This document shows positions 11,127-22,692 of a DNA stretch of 64,000 bases, piece by piece. Both the position numbers and the translations under genes were made by a program. Each line of letters opens with the position of its first letter. Position 1 is the stretch's first letter. The DNA is taken from the NCBI GenBank assembly GCA_030390025.1, contig CM059446.1:55986001-56050000 (forward strand), given 5' to 3'. A model generated the notes under the pieces. The model had not been told where the DNA came from, did no database searches, and saw only the letters and a program-made list of their open reading frames with translations. This DNA is from Squalus acanthias (Eukaryota).

Positions 11127-11234
11127 ACGCCAGTTCTGACGAAGGGTCATCAACCTGAAACGTTAACTCTGTTTCTCTCGCCACAGATGCTGCCTGGTCT
11201 GCTGAGGATTTCCAGCATTTTCTGTTTTTAGTTC
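11127..11234 (+). mobile_element. Short Penelope-like insertion with hammerhead motif (11132-11168)
   Basis: AGTT-CTGACGA-AGGGTCATCAACCT-GAAA-CGTT-AACT, then the PLE tail; TSD agtcctttacgcat (11113-11126) / agtcctttccgcat (11235-11248). Confidence 0.75.
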
Positions 11235-11289
11235 AGTCCTTTCCGCATGTTGACCGTACAGTGTGAAGGACTACTGTACTTCCTAAAAA

Positions 11290-11535
11290 GAACAAACTTG
11301 CATTTATAAAGCACCTTCTATGTGCTTATGCTAATGAAGTACTCTGGAAGTGTAGTCGCTGTTGTTATGCAGGGAAAGGCAGCAGCTAATTCGCGCCAAG
11401 TCTCACAAACAGTGAGAAATAATTGACCAGATAATCTATTCTAATAATGTTGGTTACGGGATAATTGTTGGCCAGAACACTGAAAGAACTGCCCTGCTCC
11501 TCTTCAAATAGTGGTTAGGGATCTCTAACATCTGG
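11290..11535 (-). mobile_element. Deu-domain SINE fragment
   Basis: Diverged reverse complement of the 6860-7105 segment. Confidence 0.65.
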
Positions 11536-12839
11536 AGAGGACAGGATAGTCAGTCCCAAATGTTGCCATTCACCAGTTAGAACTTGTGCCCCCTTGTTTG
11601 ACTCAGTTTAATGTGAAGTAAGGCTCCAAATTCACCATTCCAATATTCTTTCGCTTATATACCAAGGCAGATGCCACATTTCAATTTTCTCCATTCTTTC
11701 TTCAAGTACGTTGATACTGGAGAAGTCTTGTGGCTCTTTGCACCGACTCCAATACCCTCTGTGCACCATGGGAATTAAAACTGGACACGTCGCTCAAGGT
11801 GTAGTCTTACTGGGCAGTTCAAGGATGACTTCCTCTAACGTACTCTACTGGTCGAAGACAGGAGGCACGGTAAAACTCCTGCAACGCACAACTCACCAAC
11901 TCAAGCTCATCTAACTCGGTACAGACTGGAGATGGAACTTTGGACTCTGTGCTGGTGTGGGTTAGATCCACATTAGGCAGTGGCTTTGGGTGTACAAGGT
12001 ACATGCTGTGGGGGTGGAAGCTGTTTGGGCTAAATGCTGTAGTATTGGGCAAGATACAAACCCTTGAATTCACTTGCACTAAAAGTGGTTGCATCTGTCG
12101 CCTGTGCATCAGATTAGTGAGCTGTACAAGAACCCATGAGTAGACATACCACTTCACTGCCTTCATCAAAAATGCCCATCCCTCTGATGAACCAAGCAAC
12201 CAGGCTGTGGCTTTACCAAGTGAGTCATCAGGGCGCTTAGTGCGACTTAACAGGAAACACAACAGTAGCCAAGTAAAATATGCACTATTGGGGCGGGAAA
12301 GACAGTCCATTATCTGTGTTACAGGCTAGGATTTGGCACAGATAGAGAAACAGAAGTGTCAAGATATCTCGGTTTGGTGCAGATGTAGAATAATAATTTC
12401 CCCAGTCAGTTACTAAGCCGCACAGATGCATGCAAGACCATACCTTGAGCGTTGGTGCCATACAGCCTGAACCAACCCCAAACCACCAACTAAAAATGTC
12501 TCATTTGTTAGCTTACTTCAGACATCAAACCATATGCAAACAAACCTCACTGATGTCAATCCAAGATGACTCAACTTCCTTTCCAGATTCTGTACTGCCT
12601 CAACTAGCCTTCCCTCAATCTTGTGGCCTATTGACATCACGAATGTGGCCAGTGATGTTACTGTGTTGGTTCTTCAATACCTGAAGCACAAATGACAAAG
12701 CACATCTACCCACTTGATGAGATGACCTTAAATCAAAAGGCTTTTTCTACTGGCGCTCTTTACCCAAGGGAGGGTGATTTCTCAATTGTTCTATATTTGT
12801 TTCGTTAATAGAAACATTTCACGCGTTTCAAAAAGCTTA

Positions 12840-12925
12840 AAAAAGGAAACAACACAAGTGGGGAAGTTGGAAAGGAAAAGACCCAACTCTACTGCTGGGA
12901 ACTTTTTGCTGTTTTATTACATCTA
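12840..12925 (-). terminator. Candidate distal polyadenylation site of PIAS1
   Basis: Minus strand reads TGTAATAAAAC (UGUA overlapping AAUAAA, 12913-12918), followed about 30-75 nt later by a U/GU-rich element (TTGGGTCTTTTCCTTT...CTTGTGTTGTTTCCTTTT). Confidence 0.5.
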
Positions 12926-15772
12926 AAAGATCTCTACATTAACAGGTAACATTCATTAGGTAAACAATTTCTTTCAATGCATGAAATAAATATATTCACG
13001 TGGTACTTTATACAGACTGACACTGCTCTAACTATACTCAATTATAAAAAAAAAGCCATTTCTCTGGTTTGGCATGCGATCACGGAAACCAGCACTGTGA
13101 AAGATTTAAGGCAGTAAAATTATCAGAGTTGTCTTTGACACCCTCGGAGAGAAGTGATCACAGAATTTACAAATTCGCAGAAGAGGTGGAGTTTCCATGC
13201 TTGGGAGAATCTGGTTTACAGTGACACTGTCGGTGTAAATAAAATTGACTCTCAACACAGCACACTCCTAGATCACCCCACAATACATACCCGGGTAGGT
13301 AAATCACGCTGTGCACAAGCTGGCTTATTCCTTTAAAAAAATGTTTTCTCTTCACTTTTCAAAATGCGGCACATTACCTGAAAGATCCAGCCGTGCAAGA
13401 CACAGTTTACTCCAGACAGGCCCATAATCAGATTAAAGCACAGCTTGGATCCAAGTATCGCCTTCCAATGAACCAAACCCACTTTTCATTCAGTCCTATT
13501 AAAAATGGAGTTCATGAAACAAGCAGAACACTGGAAACAAAATCCTGATTAAAGCATAAAACATCTCCTCACTGGCTGAACATTCAGTCAGTCCATTGCC
13601 AGACTAGACCTGATACATACAGTCGCGCATTTTACAAACCAGACGCAACTCAACCTTGAGTATTTCCCGCTGCATCATTTTCACGGAGCTGCTAAACAAA
13701 TGACTCTTTGGACAGTGGTACAGATACTAATAAACGACTGATTTAATCTGAAGTTTACAAAAATCCCAGCTCAGATGGAACACTCTTCCCTCCCCCACAG
13801 TAATTGAGTTTATTAGAACTCACTCAAATTGTATTTTTATTATCCAACAAATTTCATTCATTTGCACCCTTTGGTTATAACTTGCTATTTGCCCATGTGT
13901 CAATTTTCTCCCCATCTCTCAAAGGTGTTGTCTCCTTGCTGGGATATGGTTCCACAGGGGCTGATCACCTTCTAGTATCTTAGCCAAGTGGCCATGGTTA
14001 GTCTCCACAGTGAGTGTCAGCAGGCTACTTTCACTGTGTGTGGGGGGGTTAAGAGGACAGGAACCATAGATGAATCTAATCCTGGCCTGATCCCATATCC
14101 ACATATCTACTTCAAGTAGGGGTCACTGGACAGTCATCAGGAGCAGGAACCCCACTCCTTAACTCCAAGAGGTGCTGAGGCCAATTACAGTACCCTACCA
14201 TGCCAGGTTGAGATCAGTTTACAACGCAGGTGGAAAATTCAACTAAATTGGGACTTTTTTGATCTGTATGGCTTACTGCTACACTGGGTGGTCCTTTACT
14301 CAGATGGCATCTCTCTAACATACTATTCTAAACAGAACACTGCATAAAAAAAACAAAGTCTCTCTAGTGCACTTGCATATGAACTGATTGGACCAATACA
14401 CAACAGTAAGAGAGGTGTAGGATAGAAAGAGCTAGATTTTTAAAACGTGGATGTTTCTTTAGTACACTTAATAGTCTGTGTACATTCCAACTACTTGTTT
14501 GCAAATCCTGCTCTACTACATTCAAGGGTTTGAGATACAAAGTTACCATCTCAATACATCTCGAGGAGAGAATTTGGAACATTCACCTGGAAAACAATCA
14601 TTTTAGTTGGTTTATACCCACACTTGGCAAGGATCCCAATGCACTGAACGAGCAACATCGAATTATCGGACCATGAATTAAAACAAAATCAAAGGTCATG
14701 GAAGAGGCAGCGTGGTTAATTGGTGTGTCGATACACCCATGAATCCCCAGATTCGAGCAGTCCAGTTTCAGCTGGGGAGAGCATGCAGTGGAAGCTGGTG
14801 GTTTGCCACAGGGGCCGTCTGAAATACAGAGTGTTTCCGCACCCAATCTGGCGGTCTTCCTGGGAAGCTGGTTATAAAATGACAATGGCTGCTCAGGGAA
14901 CAGTGCATGTGTACAAGGGAAAAATACATTTCTATTTTTTTTTTTAAAAAAGGGTACACAAACTGTGGAGGCATTCTGCAGTTAGAGCTTTTCAGGGAAC
15001 AGTGAAAATTAAATGACTGATTTTTCTAAAGTGTAAATCACAATGAAAGGTGCAACAGAAGAAATGACTCCTCTCCATTATTAACTTAAAGTTCCTTAAT
15101 GTTTGAAAAATGCTACTTTGTAAAATGGAGCGCGAGTGGAAGTTGTGAAAGGATAGTCCACACCCCCCCACCCCCAAAAGATTTACCAGAAATGGCCTTT
15201 TTTTTGTGAAAAATTGTACGATACTGTGCATTCCCCAAAGCTACTTCCTGCAAACGCAGAGGGAATGATATGGGAAACAGTCAAGATACTTTACATAACT
15301 TAAAAAGTATAATAAAATTATTTTGCACAAAAAAAGGAAAATACTATTGTTGTCAACCATTGACATCTCGGTTCTTTCTGAAAGAAAGAATATTCTACAG
15401 TGAAGTACAAGAATGGAAAATTCCTAATTCAAATAATGTCAATTGTGAAGGAAATAATGCCATCAAACAACAAATACAAAAAGTAATATCACGGAACAGA
15501 CAAATACATCGTAAAAACTCTGCTTTCACAAAGTGAACTGAAATAACCTTAAAAGACAGACAGTCTCGAATTTATATACAAAAGTTAACTGAAAATATAG
15601 TATTTTGTTCTCTGTACATGGTGTCTTTTTTTAATTTTTTTTTGTTTATTTAAAAAAAGGGTCTCTACACTTCTAAATTTTTTTTAAAAGATGAAACAAA
15701 CCAGATTTTTTTCTTCTCTTTCTCTCTCCCCCTCCCCTCGAAAAAACCCCACATTATCCATTATTTCAAATC
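12890..15772 (-). other. Probable PIAS1 3' UTR
   Basis: Follows the stop codon; AU-rich and mostly repeat-poor. Minus-strand AATAAA at 15645-15650, 13836-13841, 13809-13814 and 12913-12918. The distal end is inferred. Confidence 0.55.
13930..14310 (-). mobile_element. Family X SINE inside the putative PIAS1 3' UTR
   Basis: Contains ggggtcactggacagtcatcaggagcaggaacc and gccaagtggcca, reverse complements of family X motifs. Confidence 0.6.
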
Positions 15773-16078
15773 TTAGTCCAACGAAATAACATCTGGCATG
15801 GTGCCAAAGATGGTGCCACTTTCCACACTGCTCCGGTTAGCCCCAGGATGCCCGAGGTTCTCCCGCAAGCTGCTGGAGGAGACAAGGCTGCTGTTGCTCC
15901 CGCTGCTGCTGCCGTTGGTCACCGCCAGCGTGTTGGCAGGCGCAGAGTTTGGTTGCTCCAGGAACATTTGCGAAGAGCCGTAGGGGAAGAATCGGTTGAG
16001 CGAGGAGTGAATGAGGTCCTGATCCTCTGAAGCACTGGCCGCAGCAGCTGCAGCAGCAAGGAGGGAGGTGTTGTAATG
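15773..16078 (-). CDS. PIAS1: PIAS1 terminal coding exon 14 (poly-Ala, S/T-rich region, C-terminal SIM-like DVISLD)
   Basis: HYNTSLLAAAAAAASASEDQDLIHSSLNRFFPYGSSQMFLEQ...IFGTMPDVISLD*; tag acceptor at 16080-16079; TAA stop at 15775-15773. Confidence 0.96.
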   Translation of the reverse strand, partial: HYNTSLLAAAAAAASASEDQDLIHSSLNRFFPYGSSQMFLEQPNSAPANTLAVTNGSSSGSNSSLVSSSSLRENLGHPGANRSSVESGTIFGTMPDVISLD

Positions 16079-16615
16079 CTACAGCAGGAGCAAGAACATA
16101 AGAGTACTGAGCGTTAATATCAGAATATTAATACTGCTCTTTGAGAGGCTCTGCAAGCTTATTAATTCTCCCACTGTCATCTTGGTGTCGCCTGGCTAAT
16201 TATAATGTGCAAGTATTCAAATATTGACATTTATTATCTGCATAAAAAAGCAGCTTCCTTTAATGAAACTTAAATCAAATACACTTAACCTTTAATGCAC
16301 CTGAAACATTTAACAAACCAGCTATTTGATACAGCTTGCAATGGAATTTGCATCCATCACAAGACAGGCTCAGTTTCAAATATTTTGTTGAAGTTAACCA
16401 CTTTATATGTTCAGACTTACTCTATCCTGGATATACAATTGTCCCTCACACCACGTTGTCTCTTCCCCATGTGCTATCCTCCGCTCACACTTTCTCCTTA
16501 TTTAAGACACAGTGAACAAATGGCCTCTATCATATTTCTCCTCCTGACAGAATCTCTGCAGATGAAGTATTTTGTTGACTATGTAGCTTGAACCCGAAAC
16601 TCAATGTTTGCAGCC

Positions 16616-16638
16616 GGGGGGGGGGGGGGGGGGGGGGG
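16616..16638 (+). repeat. Poly-G tract (G23)
   Basis: Direct. Confidence 0.9.
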
Positions 16639-17066
16639 CCGGAAATCATGAATGGGAATCCATGCTGCAGTGCACTAGGTTAGTGCACGGTCACTGCACC
16701 ACCAGGCCTCCCTGTACTGGTTAGGAATCCAGTAACTATAGTTTCCTCGATGGCCCAGTTGGTAAATACACAATGCAATTCCCCACTGAGGCCCGAGTTT
16801 CAATGGTAACATCTGTGCCCATCTCAGCCAAACTGGGGACCAATGGGCACTGCAAATCACCTCGGTGTCCCTGAGCTATATTTTGGAGGGAGGATGAAAA
16901 GGGTGAAAGAAATTTTAAAAATAGGGCTCCTGATCACTAGCCAGCAATTACACATGCAGATGTCCGATCAGTTTTTATTTAAATGTAATTAAAGTTTTAA
17001 AATTTTGCATTGGACTTGGAAGTGAACGGTTTTCCGCTGAGACATCACAATGCTTATGCAAATAAA

Positions 17067-17181
17067 TGTGAGAAGTCGCACAACACCAGATTATAGTCCA
17101 ACAGTTTTATTTGAAATCACAAGCTGGTGTTGTGCGACTTCTCACATTTGTCCACCCCAGTCCAACACTGGCATCTCCACA
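17067..17181. mobile_element. Collapsed Penelope-like insertion forming a perfect 26-bp hairpin
   Basis: Arms 17064-17089 / 17124-17149; 13-bp TSD ttatgcaaataaa at 17054-17066 and 17182-17194. The PLE assignment is from recall of shark PLE termini. Confidence 0.7.
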
Positions 17182-17269
17182 TTATGCAAATAAAAGTCAT
17201 GGATACATTCATGATATAAAAAGCAAGATTTCAATGACAAAAGTGCTCACTGACCGACATGTTACATAC

Positions 17270-17307
17270 CTGATTGTCCCCTTGTAAGAAGGGAAATAGG
17301 TCTAAAC
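17270..17307 (-). CDS. PIAS1: PIAS1 coding exon 13 (38-nt small exon)
   Basis: LDLFPFLQGDNQ; cag/gtatgt; 38 nt, restores phase 0. Confidence 0.92.
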
Positions 17308-17834
17308 CTGTTCAAACAAGAGAAGAGGCAAATATTAGAACAAAATAGAAGTGCCAAATACCTCAAAACTTTTATCAGCACAGACCCTACTGCAATCAGA
17401 CTTTGGATATCAGGCTTCATCTGTACCCAAGTCCCATCGCTACAGATCAGAGAGCAAGGTCGAGTAACGACAGGCTTTTACATCTGTTTGTTTAAGCTTG
17501 GATCGCAAAACAGCGATGCCCGTGAGTCAGCCTCTCCACGTTTACACTGTTAAAAGCACCTTACCCTGACAGAATTTTTTGTGGGTCTACAACTGTGCTA
17601 TTGGGACAAAAGTGGTGGTCTTGGCAATGTAAACGTGTGGAGCTGGCTCATAAATTCAGTCTTTCACAATTTGGAAAATAGAAAAAGCCGGTTAAAAAGC
17701 AGATTGAAAAATACTACACCTCTGACACAATTAGCATTTGTGTGCTTTCAAAGTTACCAATACTGTACACAGAAGGGTTTATACTTTGTGTCTGCTGGCT
17801 AACTTGAAATAGAATGTGAGATGGAGATATCACA

Positions 17835-18230
17835 TCACATTGAGCCCATACACACCACAAAGGTCCCAGGTTTGAACTTACCTTTCGGCTGGAGGTGGCA
17901 TTTAAGGTACGACATGGCTGATCTCAGTACCGCCAGGCCTGAGAGGGGGTAAAGATAGATCACCCAAGATTCCCACTCCACATAGCTATCCAGCAGCCCC
18001 TTCTGGAAAGCGGTCTGGGACAAATGAGTATCAATTGAGGGCAGAACAGGAATCGGGCGAGAACAGAAACAGGATCCTGCTGCGACGATCCCCACAGTCA
18101 AATAGCCCGCTGATACCCAGTATCTAGACTCACATAAAGTGTAGCCACTTGCGTGAGGCAAGACAACTGATGGGAACTATTGAACTGAACCCCAGCAAGT
18201 GTCAGTGCCTTCAGAAGAGGGGGGAGAGAA
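17835..18230 (+). mobile_element. Family X SINE
   Basis: aaggtcccaggtttgaac head...gctatccagcagccccttctggaaag...gtcaaatagcc...agactcacata...ggaactat. Confidence 0.6.
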
Positions 18231-18574
18231 ATGAGGATAAAACACATCTGATGCCTGCGTAATAGAACGCCAAACACACGCATTTCAAAGAATCTCACCA
18301 GCTTTTAATAATCAAATCACAAACTCAATCATCTTTTACATGCTTTTTTTTGTTGATTTCAATGTTTTTTTATTTACTCCATGAGTTTGAGGGGATTCAG
18401 AGTATGACAGAGGCAAGTTAACACAGCTGAGGCACTTTCTGAACCTGGATTCATGATTGTATCGCTTCTGATTTTTGGTTAAATGGTATTATTCTGTTCT
18501 TAGCATACAATGCCTCCAATGAGTCATTTTTCAGCACCAAAGCCACAGTTGAAGACACACTGCAAGTAGCTTAC

Positions 18575-18714
18575 CTTGCAGTTCATATGGCAGAGTTGGT
18601 AAGTGGTATGAATGACGGTAGTCTTGAAAAGGAGCAGAGATAAAGTTTGTATCCAGAGTCGGTATGCTTGGAGTTCTTGTTACTGGCGATGTCTGATGGT
18701 GCAGGTTTAAAACC
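18575..18714 (-). CDS. PIAS1: PIAS1 coding exon 12
   Basis: VLNLHHQTSPVTRTPSIPTLDTNFISAPFQDYRHSYHLPTLPYELQ(G); cag/gtaagc; 140 nt. Confidence 0.92.
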
Positions 18715-18837
18715 CTGTATGAAAGAAAGACATTAGATGTTAAAGGCAATTCATTTGTAACTTAGCCATATAACAGACCAGAAAGAAGCAAGTTTGATTT
18801 CTGGTCTCTGATGAATTGGCCAATGTCAGCAAAGGTT

Positions 18838-18960
18838 AAGAACATAAGAATTAGGAGCAGGAGTAGGCCATACAGCCCCTCGAGCCTACTCCGCCATTCA
18901 ATATCATGGCTGATCTTCGACCTTAACTTCACTTTTCCGCCCGATCCCCATATCCCTTGG
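18838..18960 (-). mobile_element. CR1/HE1-type 3' tail
   Basis: aagaacataagaattaggagcaggagtaggccat... is the reverse complement of the shared tail. Confidence 0.75.
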
Positions 18961-19134
18961 GTTGTGCTCCTGATCACCATTAAGTGACCTCTGCTCAAAA
19001 GTGTATGCGTGGATGTTGGATTGGGACAAGATTAGGCTTGGCCCTGTTTAATATAGCCTGCTAATGCTCAACTGCCCAAAGAATGGTCACCTGGACAAGG
19101 TAGCAGAGGGTGTCTGGTGCTCGTGGAAGTTCAC

Positions 19135-20349
19135 CAGCATGAGTTCTTTGATTGAGTTCTTTGATGAGGTAACAGAGAGGGTTGCTGAGGGTAATGCAGT
19201 TGACGCAATGGACATGGATTTCCAAAAGTCTTTGATAAAGTGCCACATAATAGGCTTGCCAGCAAAGTTGAAGCCCATGGAATAAAAGGGACAGTGGCAG
19301 CATGGATATGGAATTGGCTAAGTGATAGGAAACAGAGAGTAGTGGTGAACGGTTGTTTTTTGGACTGGAGGAAGGTATACAGTGGTGTTCCCCGGGGTCG
19401 GTTCTAGGACCACTATTTTTCTTGATATATATTAATGACTGGGATGTGGGTGTACAGGGCACAATTTCAAAATCTGCAGGTGACACAAAACTTGAAAGTA
19501 GTGAACATTGAGGAGGAGAGTGATAGACTTCAGGAAGACAGACAAGCTGGTGAAATGGGTGGACACATGGCAGATGAAATTTAACGCAGAAAGTGTGAAG
19601 TGAAAGAATGAGGAGAGGACATATAAACTAAATGGTACAATCTTGAAGGGGATGCACGAACAGAGAGACCTGGGGGTACGTGTGCACAAATTGTTGAAGG
19701 TGGCAGGGCAGGTTGAGAAAACAGTTAAAAAAGCTTATGGGATCCTGGGCTTCATAAATAGAGGTATAGAGTACAAAAGTGTGGAAATTATGATGAACCT
19801 GTATAAAACACTGGTGCAGCCCCAGCTGGAGTACTGTGTTTAATTCTGGGCACCGCACTTTAGGAAGGATGTGAAGGCCTTAGAGAAGGTGCAGAAAAGA
19901 TTTACGAGAATGATTCTAGGGACGAGGGACTTCAGTTACGTTGATAGACTGGAGAAGCTGGGGATGTTCTCCTTGGAGCAGAGAAGATTTGATAGAGGTG
20001 TTCAAAATCATGAGGGGTCTGGACAGAGTAGAGAGAGGGAAACTGTTCCCATTGGCAGAAGGGTCGAGAACCAGAGGACACAGATTCAAGGTGATTGGCA
20101 AAAGAACCAAAGGTGACGTAAGAAAAAACTTTTTACGCAGCGCGTGGTTAAGACCCGAAAGGGTGGTGGAGGCAGATTCAATCACAGCTTTCAAAAGGGA
20201 GTTGGATAAGTACCTGAAGGAAAAAAAATTGCAGGGCTACAGGGAAAGGGCAGGGGAGTGGGACTAGCTGAAGTGCTCTTGCAGAGAGCCGGCACGGGCT
20301 CGACGGACCGAATTTCCTTCTTCCGTGCTGTAACCATTCTATGATTCTA
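19135..20349 (+). mobile_element. CR1-like LINE, 5'-truncated, RT region with frameshifts
   Basis: Peptides LIEFFDEVTERVAEGNAVD, EQRDLGVRVHK, LYKTLVQPQLEYCV, SRTRGHRFKV; ends (attct)atgattcta. Confidence 0.9.
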
Positions 20350-20380
20350 CGTCAGTACCTCCAGGAGAACAGAAAAAGGT

Positions 20381-20405
20381 GGGGGGGGGGGGGGGGGGGG
20401 GGGGG
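20381..20405 (+). repeat. Poly-G tract (G25)
   Basis: Direct. Confidence 0.9.
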
Positions 20406-20817
20406 AAGAGGAATGATAGAAAAACAAACAGAAACAATATCTGGAACTCATGAGCAAAAATGCAACTGATTTATTGTTAGCGTGTGCGCTCCTGCCTTTG
20501 CTGTGAAAATGTAAGTACAGCTCCAGTAGTCCCACTGATTCATGGCCCAAGTGCAGCTTTGTGGCCAATGGAACTGATTAGAATCATCCTGTGGGAACCA
20601 ACATTGATCTTTTTCAAGCCCATACGGCAAAGGTTAAACTAGATAACTAAAAATCCAGCTGGGTATTTGGGTAATTTAAATGTTTTGATTTTAATTTGCA
20701 GGAGCAACATGCACAGATCTATAAAGATTCACATTGCAGCTGGATGAAAATTTCCAGAGATTTGAGTCATGCAATCGCTGCCAAGATTTACACATGAAGA
20801 ACGGCCATTTGGGCAGG

Positions 20818-21243
20818 TAACACGGTGGCATAGTGGTTAGCACTGGTGCCTCACAGCGCCAGGGACCCGGGTTCGAATCTGACCTCGGGTGACTGTCTGT
20901 GTGGAGTTTGCACATTCTCCCCGTGTCTGCGTGGGTTTCCTCCGGGTGCTCCGGTTTCCTCCCACAGTCCAAAAATGTGCGGGTTAGGTTGATTTGGCTA
21001 TGATAAATTGACCCTTAGTGTTGGGGGGGATTAAATATGTGGGGTTATGGAGATAGGATGGGATATGTTAGGGGGAATTAAATACGTGGGGTTACGGGGG
21101 TAGGGTGGGATGTGTGTACTGTGGGGATTAAAGCAGGGACAGGGTACTGGATTTGGATGATCAGCCATGATCGTATTGAATGGTGGAGCAGGCTCGATGG
21201 GCCGAATGGCCTACTCCTGCTCCTAGATTCTATGTTTCTATGT
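20818..21243 (+). mobile_element. HE1-like V-SINE, full length
   Basis: A box TGGCATAGTGG, B box GGTTCGAATC, V-domain tgtggagtttgcacattctccccgtgtctgcgtgggtttcctccgggtgctccggtttcctccca, CR1-type tail. Confidence 0.85.
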
Positions 21244-21807
21244 TAACATGGAGCTATGCCTTAACGTGAGTAAGCACCCTCGCAAGAGACCAGAGAAAAT
21301 TAAGGGGAGATTCTAAGAAAATCGATGTAGGAGTGGTTTACAGCATGTAACACAGTCTTGGAGTTTGAATGGTTAACAATTAAGATCAGCACCCTGACAA
21401 CTATGTTGCAATCCTGCTCTTTAAGTGCTGAAGTAACACACTGCATCTGACATTTCTATACTGCCTTTCACACAATGAAATGTCTCAAGGTGCTCTACAA
21501 ATAGGAACTAGGCAAATTAAAGAAAGAGCACAGAGTTTAAGCTTTGGGAAAACTTTTGAAAGTAGAAAGAAAGGCAAATCCCAGAGTGTAGGGGCATAGC
21601 GAATACTGGATGTACCAACAATCATGGTTTGGGAGTGAAGAGCACACTCATTTATCTTTTGTTCTACATGTATTACCAGCTTTCAGATGACCATGGATAG
21701 GGGATTGCTGAAAGTCCATCAAATCGTGGATTTTTTTTGTTGTACCCAAGCTCGCTGCAAACAAAAAACAGCCTCACACAAGACTGTGATTTCAACCCGA
21801 AGCTTAC

Positions 21808-21970
21808 CCCTTGTTGATGGGCGGCGACGGAGAAGACATCGAAGGGTACCTCTTCGCAGGTGGTTCCTCTTCCTCCTCTTCCGATGAACTATCGAGCGTC
21901 AGATCAATCACTTCAACTGTTCTATTATCTTGAGATGAATGTCTGTGCTCGGACAAGCTTTTACACGCAC
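21808..21970 (-). CDS. PIAS1: PIAS1 coding exon 11 (SUMO-interacting motif VEVIDLT plus acidic/serine tract)
   Basis: ACKSLSEHRHSSQDNRTVEVIDLTLDSSSEEEEEEPPAKRYPSMSSPSPPINK(G); tag/gtaagc; 163 nt, keeps phase 1/2. Confidence 0.92.
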
Positions 21971-22557
21971 CTAGTGAACAAATTAAAATAGTCGGCATTT
22001 TTGTACAAAAACAAAGGCACATTTGAAACAGGCTGTCAGCGCAATTGGGGCACTTGTGGCAACGATGAAAGTTCTCTGTTGCTGGGGCAAGTTCTATCTT
22101 CATCTCTGGGCAGTTTCTTTCTTTTTTCAGTCTCCCTTCAGCAAAGGTTGATCTGCCCCCAGATAAAGTTAAATGCACTTGCAAAACATACTATGGATTA
22201 TTATTTAACCTTCACCTGACACAAGACAGGCAAACCTGTTCTAAAGTTTCACTACCATGCTGGGATTTGAAGAAACAATGCAATCTTGTCTGACATCAGG
22301 GAACATGAGTTTTAAATGGGCTTAGAAGGTCTTTCTGCAGTATTATTTAGCACCATTTCTGGGCCAGAGTTCTACATGGTTCCCAGCTGAAGGCCACATT
22401 GTCAAGAAGTTCATCTGTGCACTGAATACCAGACAAGTACTGAGCAAAAAGAGACAGTCAAGGTTGTCTTCTGTATAGTTTGGCTGTACCTTTTGTAGTA
22501 TAATATTGCTTGTGTTTTGTCTCATTTAATTGTAAACCTGACTGGATATTTAGCCTG

Positions 22558-22692
22558 ACTCCATTTCCACTTCATGATTCTGTACATTTTAGTTCTGACG
22601 AAGGGTCATAGAGCTGAAACGTTAACTCGGTTTCTCTCTCCACAGATGCTGTCTGACCTGATGAGTATTTCCAGCATTTTCTGTTTTTATTT
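22558..22692 (+). mobile_element. Short Penelope-like insertion with hammerhead motif (22591-22627) and 33-bp 5' filler
   Basis: TSD tggatatttagcctg (22543-22557) / tggatatctagcctg (22693-22707); core CTGACGA...GAAACGTT. Confidence 0.75.

Noticed and set aside
1-15000. CALML4 or another syntenic neighbour expected downstream of PIAS1 (from recall of human synteny)
   Set aside because: No EF-hand-like or other recognisable exons found by eye; small exons could have been missed.
20822-20890. tRNA gene
   Set aside because: A/B boxes belong to the HE1-like SINE head; continues into V-domain and LINE tail. The same applies to other SINE heads.
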